This document shows, piece by piece, positions 21,490-32,000 of a stretch of 32,000 nt of DNA. A program made the translations under genes and the position numbers. A model generated the notes under the pieces. It worked only from the letters and a program-made list of their open reading frames with translations, had not been told where the DNA came from and searched no databases. The stretch comes from Zygophlyctis sp. KS116 (lineage: Eukaryota; Fungi; Chytridiomycota). The stretch lies in the NCBI GenBank assembly GCA_054661495.1, contig BAAFSQ010000082.1, forward strand, positions 6,397 through 38,396, given 5' to 3'. Each line of letters begins with the position of its first letter. The first letter of the stretch is position 1.

Positions 21490-22365
21490 CTAATAATGAT
21501 GCATCAACACATATCCTTCATCATCTCCTGTAACTCCAAACAAGTTTCCATGATTGACCAGTAAACTAGATGTAATAAAATTATCATGCTTTTTAAATTC
21601 TGCAACTTTTTCCAATACATTATTTCCAACATGATACCATTCCCAAGTATTATCAGATGTATTTCCATTTAAATATAATCTCTTGTTTTCAAAATCATAG
21701 TCTAATCCTAGAATATTATTCAAATTTGAAATAGTTCGGACATCTCCAAAATCAACAATTTCATCACCATTAAAATCCCAAATTCCAAAAGTTTCTATAT
21801 GACTTGTAGCCCATATGTAACCTTGAAAAAATCCTAATTTATGAATAGAATCGTACTTTATAACTTGAAATAAATCTTCTTCCTCGTTAAATGTAGATAG
21901 ATTAAAAATATTTAATAATCCATCAGTTGATCCAGACAAGAGTTTTTGAGAATTTATAAATTTTAAAGCAGTTATGTCATCTGAATGACAATCACTAAAT
22001 ACAGAAATTGGTTCTTTTAGATTTCTAAAGTCATAAAAAGATATGTGTGACTCTTGATCTTTTAAATTAGATCCAATAGCTATAATATCATCATATATAT
22101 CAAATGTAGTGATTTCAAAGGGAATATTGATTGCATTAGTACTTGCAGTCTCTTTAAATTTTGAATTAGAGTCAATAAACCGGAATTCATTGCAAGTAGA
22201 ATAAAATATGGAATTTCCATTGGTTTTAGTGCATGATATAAAATCTTGAATCTTGAGTGTATGAAGAATCTTTGAGTAATCAGATATATCTATTCCGCCT
22301 GATGATGTAATGCATAATGAGTCTCTGAGCGGTAGAATACTAGAAATGTATTTACTGGTTTGCAT
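21490..22365 (-). CDS. WD40-repeat protein, WDR89-like
   Basis: FSDCHSDDITALKF, LLSGSTDGLLNIFNL..EEEDL, SHIETFGIWD, TGDDEGYV. Confidence 0.75.
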   Translation of the reverse strand: MQTSKYISSILPLRDSLCITSSGGIDISDYSKILHTLKIQDFISCTKTNGNSIFYSTCNEFRFIDSNSKFKETASTNAINIPFEITTFDIYDDIIAIGSNLKDQESHISFYDFRNLKEPISVFSDCHSDDITALKFINSQKLLSGSTDGLLNIFNLSTFNEEEDLFQVIKYDSIHKLGFFQGYIWATSHIETFGIWDFNGDEIVDFGDVRTISNLNNILGLDYDFENKRLYLNGNTSDNTWEWYHVGNNVLEKVAEFKKHDNFITSSLLVNHGNLFGVTGDDEGYVLMHHY

Positions 22366-22484
22366 AAAATTTTTCTAACTGATAAGGTGAGGAAATTTTT
22401 GTTACTCGTGGGGCGCTGATGCTGCAACTGGAAGCGTTTATTCTCAAAAGCTGGCTTATCAGTTTCAAGTGATCAGGAAATTAA

Positions 22485-23683
22485 ATGAAATTGTGTCTTT
22501 TGTTGTTTGTGCTAAACGTATTTGCTAGAAACTATACAGGATATCGCTTATTAAGACTCTATGACTACTCTGGACAAGAGGATTTTGACATTTGGAAAAA
22601 AGGAAATGGATGGATGGATGTCATGGTGTCTCCAACCAAGGAATTTGATTTTTCAGAAACTAAACACAAGGTTTTAATTCATGATATACAGGCAGATATT
22701 GATCTTGAAAGAAAACATCGGTCAAAACACTCAAATGTTTTATATAAAACTCCAACTGCAACTGATATCTTTAAAGATTATCAAGACTATGATACTTTAA
22801 TTTCATTTTTAGATAGCCTTCCTTTAAAAACTTCTAAAATTTCAATTGGTAAAACTTTCTTGGGAAGAGATATTTATGCTTTTAATTTTGGTCAAGGGAA
22901 AAAAAGAATTATTATTCATGGTGGGATACATGCAAGAGAATGGATAGCTCCTGCTGTTGTGACTTGGATTGCTTATTGGTTGAATACTGCAAATTCAACG
23001 GCTCAGACTTTATTAGAAGAATATTCTTGGTCTATTATACCAGTCTTGAATGTTGATGGTTATGATTATACAAGAAGTCATGATCGATTATGGAGGAAAA
23101 ATAGACAGCCCAATCCAGGATCACGCTGTGCAGGAGTTGATCCAAATAGAAATTTTGGGTTTCAATGGGGAACTGGTGGTTCTTCAAGCAATCCGTGTGA
23201 TGATGCCTTTAGAGGTTATAGTCCTAATTCCGTACCATGTACAGTTGCAATTACTGATTTTGTCTCTTCTTTTCCAAAGGGTGAAGTTTTGGCATATTTT
23301 GATTTTCATTCATACTCTCAATTATGGCTCTATCCTTTTGGATATAATTGCAATTTGAAAGTAGCGGAATTTGATATTATAGAACAAGCATCTAAAATCG
23401 CAATTTCTACAATAGAAGCAGTTGGAGGTACTAAATTTGTTCAAGGTCCTATTTGTAATACAATCTATAAAGCTTCGGGATCTTCAACTGATCATATGTA
23501 TTCATTAGGAGTCCCATTATCATTTGGAGTTGAATTACGTGACAAAGGTCGACATGGATTTTTATTGCGTAAGAGATTTATTTTTAATCATTAGCACCTG
23601 ATGAAATTATTCCCAGTGGTAGAGAAATGGTATCTGGACTCTCAGCCATGTTTGAATATATATTAAAAACAAGATTATATTAG
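22485..23683 (+). CDS. Secreted zinc carboxypeptidase, family M14A, with propeptide
   Basis: Signal peptide; HGGIHAREW, WRKNR, GVDPNRNF, DFHSYSQ and catalytic Glu in GVELRD; one 3' intron extends the frame to TAG 23681-23683. Confidence 0.92.
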
Positions 23684-23698
23684 ATCAGGAATCTATTA

Positions 23699-24147
23699 TT
23701 ATCTATCTTGACGCATTGAGTTCCACACCATACTCATCGCTAAAATCGTGGTTTCTGATAATATTACTCGGTAGGAATATTTTGGATACCATTCATTTCC
23801 ATATAACTTTTTCCATCGACTATCGTCCTTCATATCATGCCACTTGTTTGTAACGCCCGGAAACCATTTACAACGCAGTAAAATGTTGTACAGTAGCCAG
23901 TTTCATCCTCTCCACCATAACCGACAATTGAGTCATATGGGCTTCCGCTTTTTCCGGGACCATTATTATCTGCGATCTCATCTTCAGTAATGACTGATGA
24001 ATTCCAATATGGACAATCTTTTCTAGCCCGTTGATATGCATACGTTTTAGCATCTTCTAGATCATTAAAGCCTTTAAGAAATCCTGACTTTAAATTTTTT
24101 CTGTAGTTGAACCAACGGACGACGGCATACTTGAATGTTTTAGACAT
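23699..24147 (-). pseudogene. Orphan intronless ORF with a probable 1-nt frameshift near 23867
   Basis: MSKTFKYAVVRWFNYRK...FYCVV, then a protein-like continuation WFPGVTNKWHDMKDDSRWKKLYGNEWYPKYSY in another frame. As read, the ORF stops at 23830. Confidence 0.4.
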
Positions 24148-24236
24148 TTTGTTGAACAAGTTTTCACCTACTAAAGTTGGTCACAACCCCCGTCATTGTC
24201 GAACTTTGTTGGGAAAAACAGGATTGTCAATTTGCA

Positions 24237-25243
24237 ATGAACAAATTCATTCTAGAGAGGCAAGTAGCAATCAGTGCTGTTATCAAGGCTGCAAAACTAT
24301 GCAAGAAAGTATCATTGAAAATTGCAACTGTAAAATCAGATTCTTCGCCTGTAACGATCGCAGACTTTGGTTCTCAAGCGATTATTATTGATGAATTATC
24401 CAAGGCATTTCCAAATGATGTGATTGTTGGGGAAGAAGACTCTAGTCAGTTGAGATCTGATCAAAATCTGATGAAATCTCTTGTAGAATTGATGGATGGG
24501 CAGAGTCCAGAACGTATTTGTTCCCTTATTGATCTTGGGAATGATAATGGTGGGCCTCACAAGAGGTTTTGGACTCTAGATCCAATAGATGGTTAGTCAA
24601 GATCGAATAATGTTAAATAGGTACTAAAGGATTTTTAAGAGGAGGGCAGTATGCAATATGTCTGGGATTGATTGAAAATGGAATCCCAATGGTATCAGTA
24701 ATGGCAACTCCAAATCTTCCCTTTCCAAATTTAGAATCTACAGAATTAGGTACTATATTTGTCGCTGTAAAGAATCATGGTGCTTTTCAGGCACGATTGG
24801 CAGATAATAATGAGCCATTGCACGAAGAATCTATTCATTCAGGATCAGATAAAAGTTTTAATAATTGTAGATGGACTGAATCTTTTGAACCTGCTCATTC
24901 TTCACAAAATAAATCTGCATCTGTTCTTTCACATTTAGGGATCAGTTCTTCCAGCATTAGAATGGATTCTCAGGCTAAATATGGTCTGATTGCACGGGGA
25001 GAGGCACACGTATATCTCAGAATACCTACAAAATCTGGTTATGAAGAAAATATATGGGATCATGCTATTGGGACTTTACTGGTTAGTGAAGCTGGGGGAG
25101 CGGTAGGTGATCTAGATGGAAATCCTCTCGACTTTTCAAAAGGAAGAACATTAGGAAAAATAAGTGGTATAGCTGCAGTCAATAGCAATCAAACTCTTGA
25201 AAAGGTTGTTCTCGCTCACACAGAAATCAGGTCAAAATATTAA
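24237..25243 (+). CDS. MET22: 3'(2'),5'-bisphosphate nucleotidase (Met22/Hal2)
   Basis: KSDSSPVTIADFGSQA, IVGEEDS, WTLDPIDG, intron 24592-24620, TKGFLRGGQYA, MDSQAKY, ENIWDHA. Confidence 0.93.
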
Positions 25244-25274
25244 TAATGGTTACTATTTTAAAACATAATATAAT

Positions 25275-28200
25275 CTAATTGGAATTATCTTTGATTACAG
25301 GTAGTTTAGATGACTTATTTCCAAACATTTTTCTGAATAAGAAGTTATTTATCAGTGGTATACGTGTATTATTCAAATATGGAGCTGATTCATTCGGTTT
25401 TTTTGCAATTTGTAATGATGCTGAATTATTGATTGGAACCGGAACGGAATTCAGATGGTCCAGCTTTAGTTTAGCAGATAAAGACTGATTTTGTGGATCC
25501 CATGCATATACTATCTTTGCATCGTCAGTTTGTAGGATTTGGGCTATTGGTTTTAGTTTTGTAACACCTGATGAACATCGTGAATTAAAGGGGTTTGTAG
25601 AATTTCCTATTTCACGAATCTTTTCTGCCGGCTTTTTAGTGATCTTTTTGGGGGAGTTTTGAATTTTTTGAGAAGCGACGCTGCACCATTCTGAGACCCC
25701 ATTGGAATGTGCAGAATCAGGCTTAGATGCTAATGCAGGGTGAATAAGGCCCTTCTTATCCAATGACTCATATAACCGCCTAATTGAAATCATGTCGTTT
25801 TTGGTTTGAAGATCCTGTTGATCTTCAAAATTTGATGCAGTTTCGAAATGCTCTTCCCTGATAGGCGAGCTTACCTCGGATGGCCTATTAAAGGTATTTT
25901 CATATGTACGAGAAACATCGTTTGGGAGCATAAAAGATGCGTGGCCGATTGGTGTAGGGACGAGCCTACGTTTGCCCAGCAGAATAATTTCTACCGGATG
26001 ATATGGATGACGAATTGGAGCCATAGGATCGTTATATTCCCAAGATTGATTCTAGACATTAGGAATATGAAATTACTGAAACTTTGTTATCCTTTAAGTC
26101 AAACATATCGCTGGTTTCTATCTCTTCTTTGAAGTGTACCAAATTTTCCGAAGATAAGTAAGAATCCATTTTTTCATCGAATTCATTTTCATTGACACTT
26201 CTCAGCCAAGTGTCTAGATTTCCATCCTCAATCATTCCATTGTCTGTATCATCGACAGAAGTTTTAAGTGGCAAAGGCGATTCTAGTTAATTTACAAATG
26301 AAAAAATTGTACCATTTCGATTTTTGAATGAAGTATTTGTTACAGATTTTTTACCGGCTTTTCTAGCAATATATCCTTGTAAATGAGATGTAATGATTTG
26401 CTACCTCTCCATACGCTTTGTATTTTAACAACACTCCTGTTTTCTATTGCATCTTGACGCAGAAGAGCTTTAGCTTTCTTTCCTGGCTGGCGAAAATTGA
26501 TTATGTTTCTCCACGCCTTTTGAATTAAAATACTTGCTATTATTAGGCCAAAATAAAGTACCATTGCGAATCTCGTTATATTTTTTCCTCTCTTTTCTCA
26601 TCTTCGATATAGTCTGAGCATAGATTACTGCTTGAACTTGAAACTCACTTTTAATCCGTGTCAATATATGCAGAAGACAATAATCACTAGAAAAGCATAA
26701 GTACTTGATGAAAATACCCCGATAGCGGCTCAAATTGAGCAATTTGACGATATATGTCACTTAAAAATGCACTAGATGTTATCAGGCACTGCTCTTCAGA
26801 AATGAATGATTGTGTTTTCAAGATCCCATATTTGAAATTACCGAGTAAAAAGTTTAAAAATGGTTCTTGGTAGGAACCCAATATTTTTAACATTTTCTAT
26901 TGATTAGGCTAATATTCTCAGACTTACAGTCTCGAAACCTTTAAAATCGTTTCTAAAAGTTTGAAATTTTGAGACTTTCTCGTTTGTACGGTTGTCATAA
27001 ACTACATATTGTTCCAAAAAGGCCAATACAACTCTGATTAGCCCTAGCACTTTTAGAGGATTGTTTAGAAATCTAGAATTAAGATTTGATTCTATATTTT
27101 CATTCTAATATGAATAAAACTGAAAGATACCTGAACTTTTCCGAAAAATATTTCAAAAATATATTTTAGCCGATAATCGCTATAGATATCGTTTCCGGTT
27201 AAATCTATTACACGTAAATCTTGACAAGGAACAAGAGCAGCCAAACAGTTGATGTCATCGATAAAATTATCTTTCAAATATATTTCCTCTAAAAATGGAC
27301 ATGACCATATAGCTCCAATAGACTGAATTTTGCATCCAACCAACTTCAATACTTTTAACATGGGAAGAAATGATGTGAAACTGAAATTTCTATAATTTAT
27401 AAGAAACATTTCTTACGGAATTTCGTTATAAGATAAATCGAGCAGCCGAAGCATCTTCATTGGAATTGGAGGGGCTTTGCTATACAGATTATTCGAAATA
27501 TTTAGATAGAGCAAGTTAGTACAGCTCTGAAGGAAATCCAAATCCATTCCCGCCAGCCCACTATTTTCTAGATCTAGATAGAGCAATGAAGTGCATTTGC
27601 CTAGCTGAGTTATTTCCGTAACTTGAGTATTCTTTAGGATGCAGATATATAAGTCTATGGCGCAAGATATAGATTGGGCGCTAACGGAGACATTTTTCGA
27701 TAAATCAAGAAATGTCACAGACTTGGGCATGCTGGAAACCGAAACAATCCGATTATTTGCCGCCCTAATCCGATGAGGAGATGACAAGCTCTCACAGTCC
27801 AATGTTTCAATAAGATTATCCTTCCATTTAAAACTAATACACTACCTCTAAATTCAAGTCAACTAACTTTGTGACATAATCAAGCGACTCGATTTTTTTG
27901 ATTTGGTTTTTGGAAAGATTGAGAAACATTAAATTCGAAGTGTCCCTAAGAATATGTGGAATCTATTATTAATTTTAAATATTCAGGACAAACCACTTGT
28001 AAGCCAGAATCCATCATATCAAGATGCTCGAGCTGGGCTAATTGCGAAATATTTTCGATATTGTTTTGCTTCAATGCATTGCTGATCGCCTCCATTTCTT
28101 TAATTTTTGTTTGCCGTTCATTTGAAACTCTATGTCCAATATGAGAAAGTTTCATTTCTGTTAATCGTTCATTTTCTGATTTTAGGGCCTCAATCTCTAA

Positions 28201-30149
28201 TGCTTTCTGTTGATTTTCCTTTTCAAGGGCTTCTGATTCCTCACGTAGCTTTTGAAGGAAATGAATTAAACTTCCCTTTTCATTTAAAGACTTTGCCAGA
28301 TATTCTTTTTGAGTATTTTTGATAATGGATTGTTTTTTATGTTCTAGCAGCTTAAATTCACCAGCTTTTTGAAGCAGCTTATTGGCACGATATTTTTCTT
28401 TCTGGTATATATCCATAGCGTATTTCATAATCCATTCTACTACTAAAGCTAACTTTTCGTTTTGTTTAATCAGAAACAATTTTTCCGCTCTAACTTCCCC
28501 TTTAATGGCTTTTCTTAGAGTTTTTGTTTTTTCCAGCTGGATCGTTAATTCATTTTGAATTTCGATTTCACTTATGAGAGCATTCCTAATCAGCTCATAT
28601 TGTTCGAGACATGAGGCTAGCATTGCTTGAGCATCTTTGAGAATTTTGTCTTTGATGAGCTCCCTTTGCTTTAAATCTTCAGGAGAAATCTCTTGAGTAG
28701 GAGTGGCTTTTTCTCTCATCAAAAATATAGATCTCTTTTTGGATGCTTCCAGCTCTCTCTTGAAGCCTTTTAAGATTTCTTCTTCGGTAACTTCAATTGC
28801 TTCGAGATTTCTAAAAAATCATTTTGCTAATCTTACTTGAGTTTTCCTTTCAAATCTTCATCGTGCTCGTCTTTTTGAGATGAATCAACATTATGCTGTT
28901 CAATTGAGGCTTTGGGAATACTAAACTTGAGATAAAATCATATTACACTGTTGGTTCGTATGGTTGTGCTTCAGAAGCTATATTAAGAGGAACATGTGCA
29001 ATAGCAGTCTTTTCCGAATCCAAATTTTGGCTTGGAACATCATTTTGTACGCTTGCATCTGTTTCTTGAATTATCTCTGTGGAATATACTATTGAATTAA
29101 AAGCGTCTTTTTCATCTGCAACAGGAATATTTGGCACTGATCGGGATTTTCCTAATTCTATTACATACGATTCTTTAATTTCTTTGATATCTTTTACGAA
29201 ATCATCTTTTGTAACACCATCATTTTCTTCTGTTTGATTAATCAAACCCTGAATTTCCTCTTGCTGAACGATATTATTCTTTTTTAAATCATTATTGAAT
29301 TCTGTATCCTCATTTTCTCTCTCTCTTGAATTATTAGGAGATGATTCCCTTTTATCTACAAAACCCAGATTCACGATTGACTTTTTGTATTCTACTCTAT
29401 CCTTTTGACCCAACTTTAAACCTTCGGGAGTTTTAGGAATATTTATTGATTCCATTTGCAAGGAAGTTCTTGAACCTTTATCTATTTTTCCTCTTGTAAG
29501 AGATGCCACATCCAAAGTACTCTTTTTCCTAAAATCTCTATTATTTTCACTTTCCTCGCGAATATCATCATTCCTAGATAAATTATGCAACGACATTGCT
29601 CCTAAATTTTTACGACCATGTTTTTTCCTATCTAAAGAAAGAGATCTCTTGTCTGTAGCTCTTAATCTCTCTTTTTTCTCTTCCTTGACAGAATTTTCAG
29701 AGACTATAGAATTTTCAGCACTTGAATAAATCTGATCCTTTAGGTCCATCTCACTATCACGATGATTTCCTTGTAATAAATCTTGCTGTAACTGATTATT
29801 ATGCAACATAATTTCATTATTTTGATTTGATTCTTCCTGAATTGAAATTTCCGATATAAAATCTGCTCTAGTCATTGTCTTCATCAAATCCTGCCAACTC
29901 CCTAAACTTTCTAAAGATAATCCTTGCAATTCATTCATTTTCTCATTTTCCAAATCTGGTAAATCTGGTAAATCTGGTAAAAACCCAGGCTCTAATTCCT
30001 GAATTTCTTCCTTTTTCTGAATAATCTAAAATTTTAAATTCTATAATTACATCTAATTCTTCCAATGCAATCATTTGCTGCCGTATAGTTTCTTCAATAT
30101 CCAAATCATCATGTGGCTCATCAGAGAATGAAAAATCATGTAGATCCAT
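25275..30149 (-). CDS. Large LRR- and IQ-motif protein, LRRIQ1-like
   Basis: Short introns join an acidic N-terminus (MDLHDFSFSDE..), a low-complexity/coiled-coil region, LRRs (LxxLDLSxN) and IQ motifs (IQKAWR, IQSVWRG). The single-gene model is hand-spliced and not every junction was verified. Confidence 0.6.
29952..29983. repeat. 9-bp tandem repeat AAATCTGGT x3 (encodes LPD repeats on the minus strand)
   Basis: Directly visible in the sequence. Confidence 0.85.
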
Positions 30150-30192
30150 TTTTAGTTTATTAGTTGATAAATCTCCTACTGAATTCCATACG

Positions 30193-30616
30193 TCATTTTG
30201 ATTTTTTCTTTGCTCTTTTAAGTCTTTTTTTAGCAGTTTTAGCATCATCCAATTCCTTTAATTCCTTTAATTTGACTTCAAATTCCACTTGTTCTACTGC
30301 CTTTAAATTAGAGAATAAAAATATAAAATACCATTTTCCTCTCATTTTCCAATAGTTCTTGTCTATGCATTTCCTTCCTTCTTGCGACTCTGTAAGCATG
30401 AAATTCAGCAGCCGTCGACCCTGTCTGATGCGGATTCCCGACTGGTTTAGTGTCTTGGAGCTCTTCCTTTTCCTGTGCTTCTACTATTGGCTCATGAATC
30501 TTTTCAAACAATTTGTCAATTTTGAACTTTTGTACTTGAACAACATCCACTGGTTTATTCCTGAAATGTGAATTAACTAGTTCCTGTACATCTCGTTCTT
30601 TTCTCTTTTTTTCCAT
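30193..30616 (-). CDS. PRKRIP1: PRKR-interacting protein 1-like splicing factor (DUF1168)
   Basis: GSTAAEFHAYRVARRKE, one short intron, then EFEVKL..KTAKKRLKRAKKKSK*. Confidence 0.82.
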
Positions 30617-30684
30617 TTTGGCTTGTCTTTTACTGATTTATTTTATAGATTGCTGTTGCTATTGTTGTTTTTGCTATTGTTGCG

Positions 30685-30823
30685 CTGACCCACAATTCCA
30701 CACTAGCCCACACTGACCCACTGTATTAACCCACGCTAACCCACGCTAACCCACGCTAACCCATACTGAGGGAACCACACTGGGAACCACACTGGGAACC
30801 ACACTAGCCCACACCAGCCAACA
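30685..30823. repeat. C/A-rich degenerate tandem array (TAACCCACGC x3, GGGAACCACACT x3 and variants) in a divergent promoter
   Basis: 10-mers at 30727-30756, 12-mers at 30770-30805, flanked by CTAGCCCACA/CTGACCCACA variants. Confidence 0.9.
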
Positions 30824-30868
30824 GTCTCAAAGTGCGACGTCAAGTACAGACTAAACAGCAGTAGTAAA

Positions 30869-31366
30869 ATGGATTTGAGCGGTTACAATTCTCAGGATTC
30901 ACAAGAGAATGAACAAGATCAGACTGTAGAAATGAGAGATTTGGAGCCTCAAGAAATTAGAGATTTGGAAGAAATTCAACAATCGATTGCATGGAATAAA
31001 TATATTTCTCTAGAGTCATTTACAGTCAAAAACGTTGTTGGGCAAGTAGATGAATTTCAGTTGAAATCTATTCAAAAGTTGGCTAGTCTAAGAGCTAAAG
31101 GATTGCGATTTAATGATCAATTAGTAAATACAAAGGCTTTTAAAAATCCTGGAATCATGGAGAAAATGTTGGAGTATCATAATGTAAATTCTCATGGGAG
31201 TTTTATTTTGGTCGATGACTCTTTTGAAAAAGTATATACAGAATTGCAATCTTTTATTTCTAATGCTAATGCTAATGCATCGTCTAAACCAGTAAAGGAA
31301 AGTAAGAAATCTATAGAGTTTGTAAAATCAAGTCATAAATCATATGATAAAAGAAGAAGGATTTGA
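30869..31366 (+). CDS. SAP30-binding protein / HCNGP-like
   Basis: Starts MDLSGYNS; contains GLRFNDQLVNTKAFKNPGIMEKMLEY..GS, resembling the HCNGP domain motif F[RK]NP.I.EK. Confidence 0.75.
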   Translation: MDLSGYNSQDSQENEQDQTVEMRDLEPQEIRDLEEIQQSIAWNKYISLESFTVKNVVGQVDEFQLKSIQKLASLRAKGLRFNDQLVNTKAFKNPGIMEKMLEYHNVNSHGSFILVDDSFEKVYTELQSFISNANANASSKPVKESKKSIEFVKSSHKSYDKRRRI

Positions 31367-31388
31367 TTTTGCTAGAATTTTATTAGTA

Positions 31389-32000
31389 CTAGTCAAATTT
31401 AATAGAATAAGAATTCATGTCAATTTTTCCTCCACGGTAAGATCCCTTCTTTTTCTTGTCTTTTTCTTTTCTGAATCCATCACCGCGTGTTTTAATAAGA
31501 TCAAGATGTGCCTTGTAACCATAGGAATTTATAGATCCGCCTTTAGACATGTAGGTATTGTCTTTTAATTTCTCATCAGCAAATTCAACTTGTTCTGGTT
31601 TGACTCTTTGGAATCGCTAAAATTAAATTATAATATTTACATTTTCAATTCCATTGGATCCTGAATCTTTGATTTTAGGAGTGTCGAGGGGAGTTGGGAG
31701 TGTTTTTGCGGTTTTTGATTTCTCTTCTTCTTCTGACTTCTTGGCAGTTTTGACTTTTTCTGACTTCTTGGCAGTTTTGACTTTTGCATCTTTAGCTTCT
31801 TCTTCAGAGCTTTCATCAGAGTCAGAAGAGGAAGAGGAAGATTCACTCTTTGCTTTTTCTGACTTCTTGGCAGTTTTGACTTTTTCTGACTTCTTGGCAG
31901 TTTTGACTTTTGCATCTTTAGCTTCTTCTTCAGAGCTTTCATCAGAGTCAGAAGAGGAAGAGGAAGATTCACTCTTTGCTTTTTCTGACTTCTTGGCAGT
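31389..32000 (-). CDS. SRP40: Srp40/Nopp140 (NOLC1) nucleolar protein, 3' part
   Basis: Ser/acidic and Lys-rich repeats, intron 31617-31640, then RFQRVKPEQV..DNTY..YGYKAHLDLIKTRGDGFRKEKDKKKKGSYRGGKID..SIKFD* (SRP40 C-terminal domain). Confidence 0.92.
31731..32000. repeat. Perfect 126-bp coding tandem repeat (more than 2 units) with an internal 27-bp duplication
   Basis: TTGGCAGT recurs at 31741, 31867 and 31993 (period 126) and at 31768 (period 27); unit TAKKSEKAKSESSSSSSDSDESSEEEAKDAKVKTAKKSEKVK. Confidence 0.95.

Noticed and set aside
22485-23683. Calling the carboxypeptidase ECM14
   Set aside because: Ecm14 is a pseudopeptidase lacking the catalytic Glu, whereas this protein keeps GVELRD and RKNR.
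17515-23683. Metal-homeostasis cluster linking ATX1, the zinc peptidase and the CAs
   Set aside because: The genes are separated by unrelated housekeeping genes and share no visible regulatory motif.
30727-30805. CRISPR array
   Set aside because: The units are 10-12 bp and adjacent with no unique spacers, there are no cas genes, and the context is eukaryotic.
31637-31972. ORF-track protein MNLPLPLL...
   Set aside because: It is an alternative frame of the repeat; the Ser/Lys-rich frame splices to the SRP40 C-terminal domain.

Overview
AT-rich, very compact eukaryotic genomic DNA. It is most likely from a zoosporic (chytrid-like) fungus; this is an inference from fungal-type housekeeping genes sitting next to the axonemal gene ODAD2/ARMC4. 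Genes are split by ultrashort GT-AG introns (about 24-32 nt), which is why the ORF track is fragmented. Hand-splicing gives about 21 genes. The left end (1-6128, minus strand) is a tandem array of four secreted alpha-carbonic anhydrase (CA) genes, one encoding at least three CA domains in one polypeptide. All four share a proximal promoter module of CGCG boxes plus TGACGTAA-nn-GAT, resembling the ATF/CREB site used for CO2 control of CA in yeasts. Directly upstream and co-oriented is a DUF4436-type membrane protein carrying hallmark motifs of a Pro-loop (GLIC-like) pentameric ligand-gated channel. Together these form a candidate extracellular CO2/pH-handling or sensing locus (hypothesis). The rest: DFG10/SRD5A3, HPM1, a chorismate-lyase-like protein, ODAD2 overlapping MCM10 by TAATG, a WDR62-like protein, ATX1 (absent from the ORF track), YIPF6, AP beta-adaptin, WDR89, an M14 carboxypeptidase, an orphan ORF with a probable frameshift, MET22, an LRRIQ1-like gene, PRKRIP1, a telomere-like repeat in a divergent promoter, a SAP30BP-like gene and the 3' end of SRP40/NOLC1. 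All family assignments are by eye from motifs; no database search was run.
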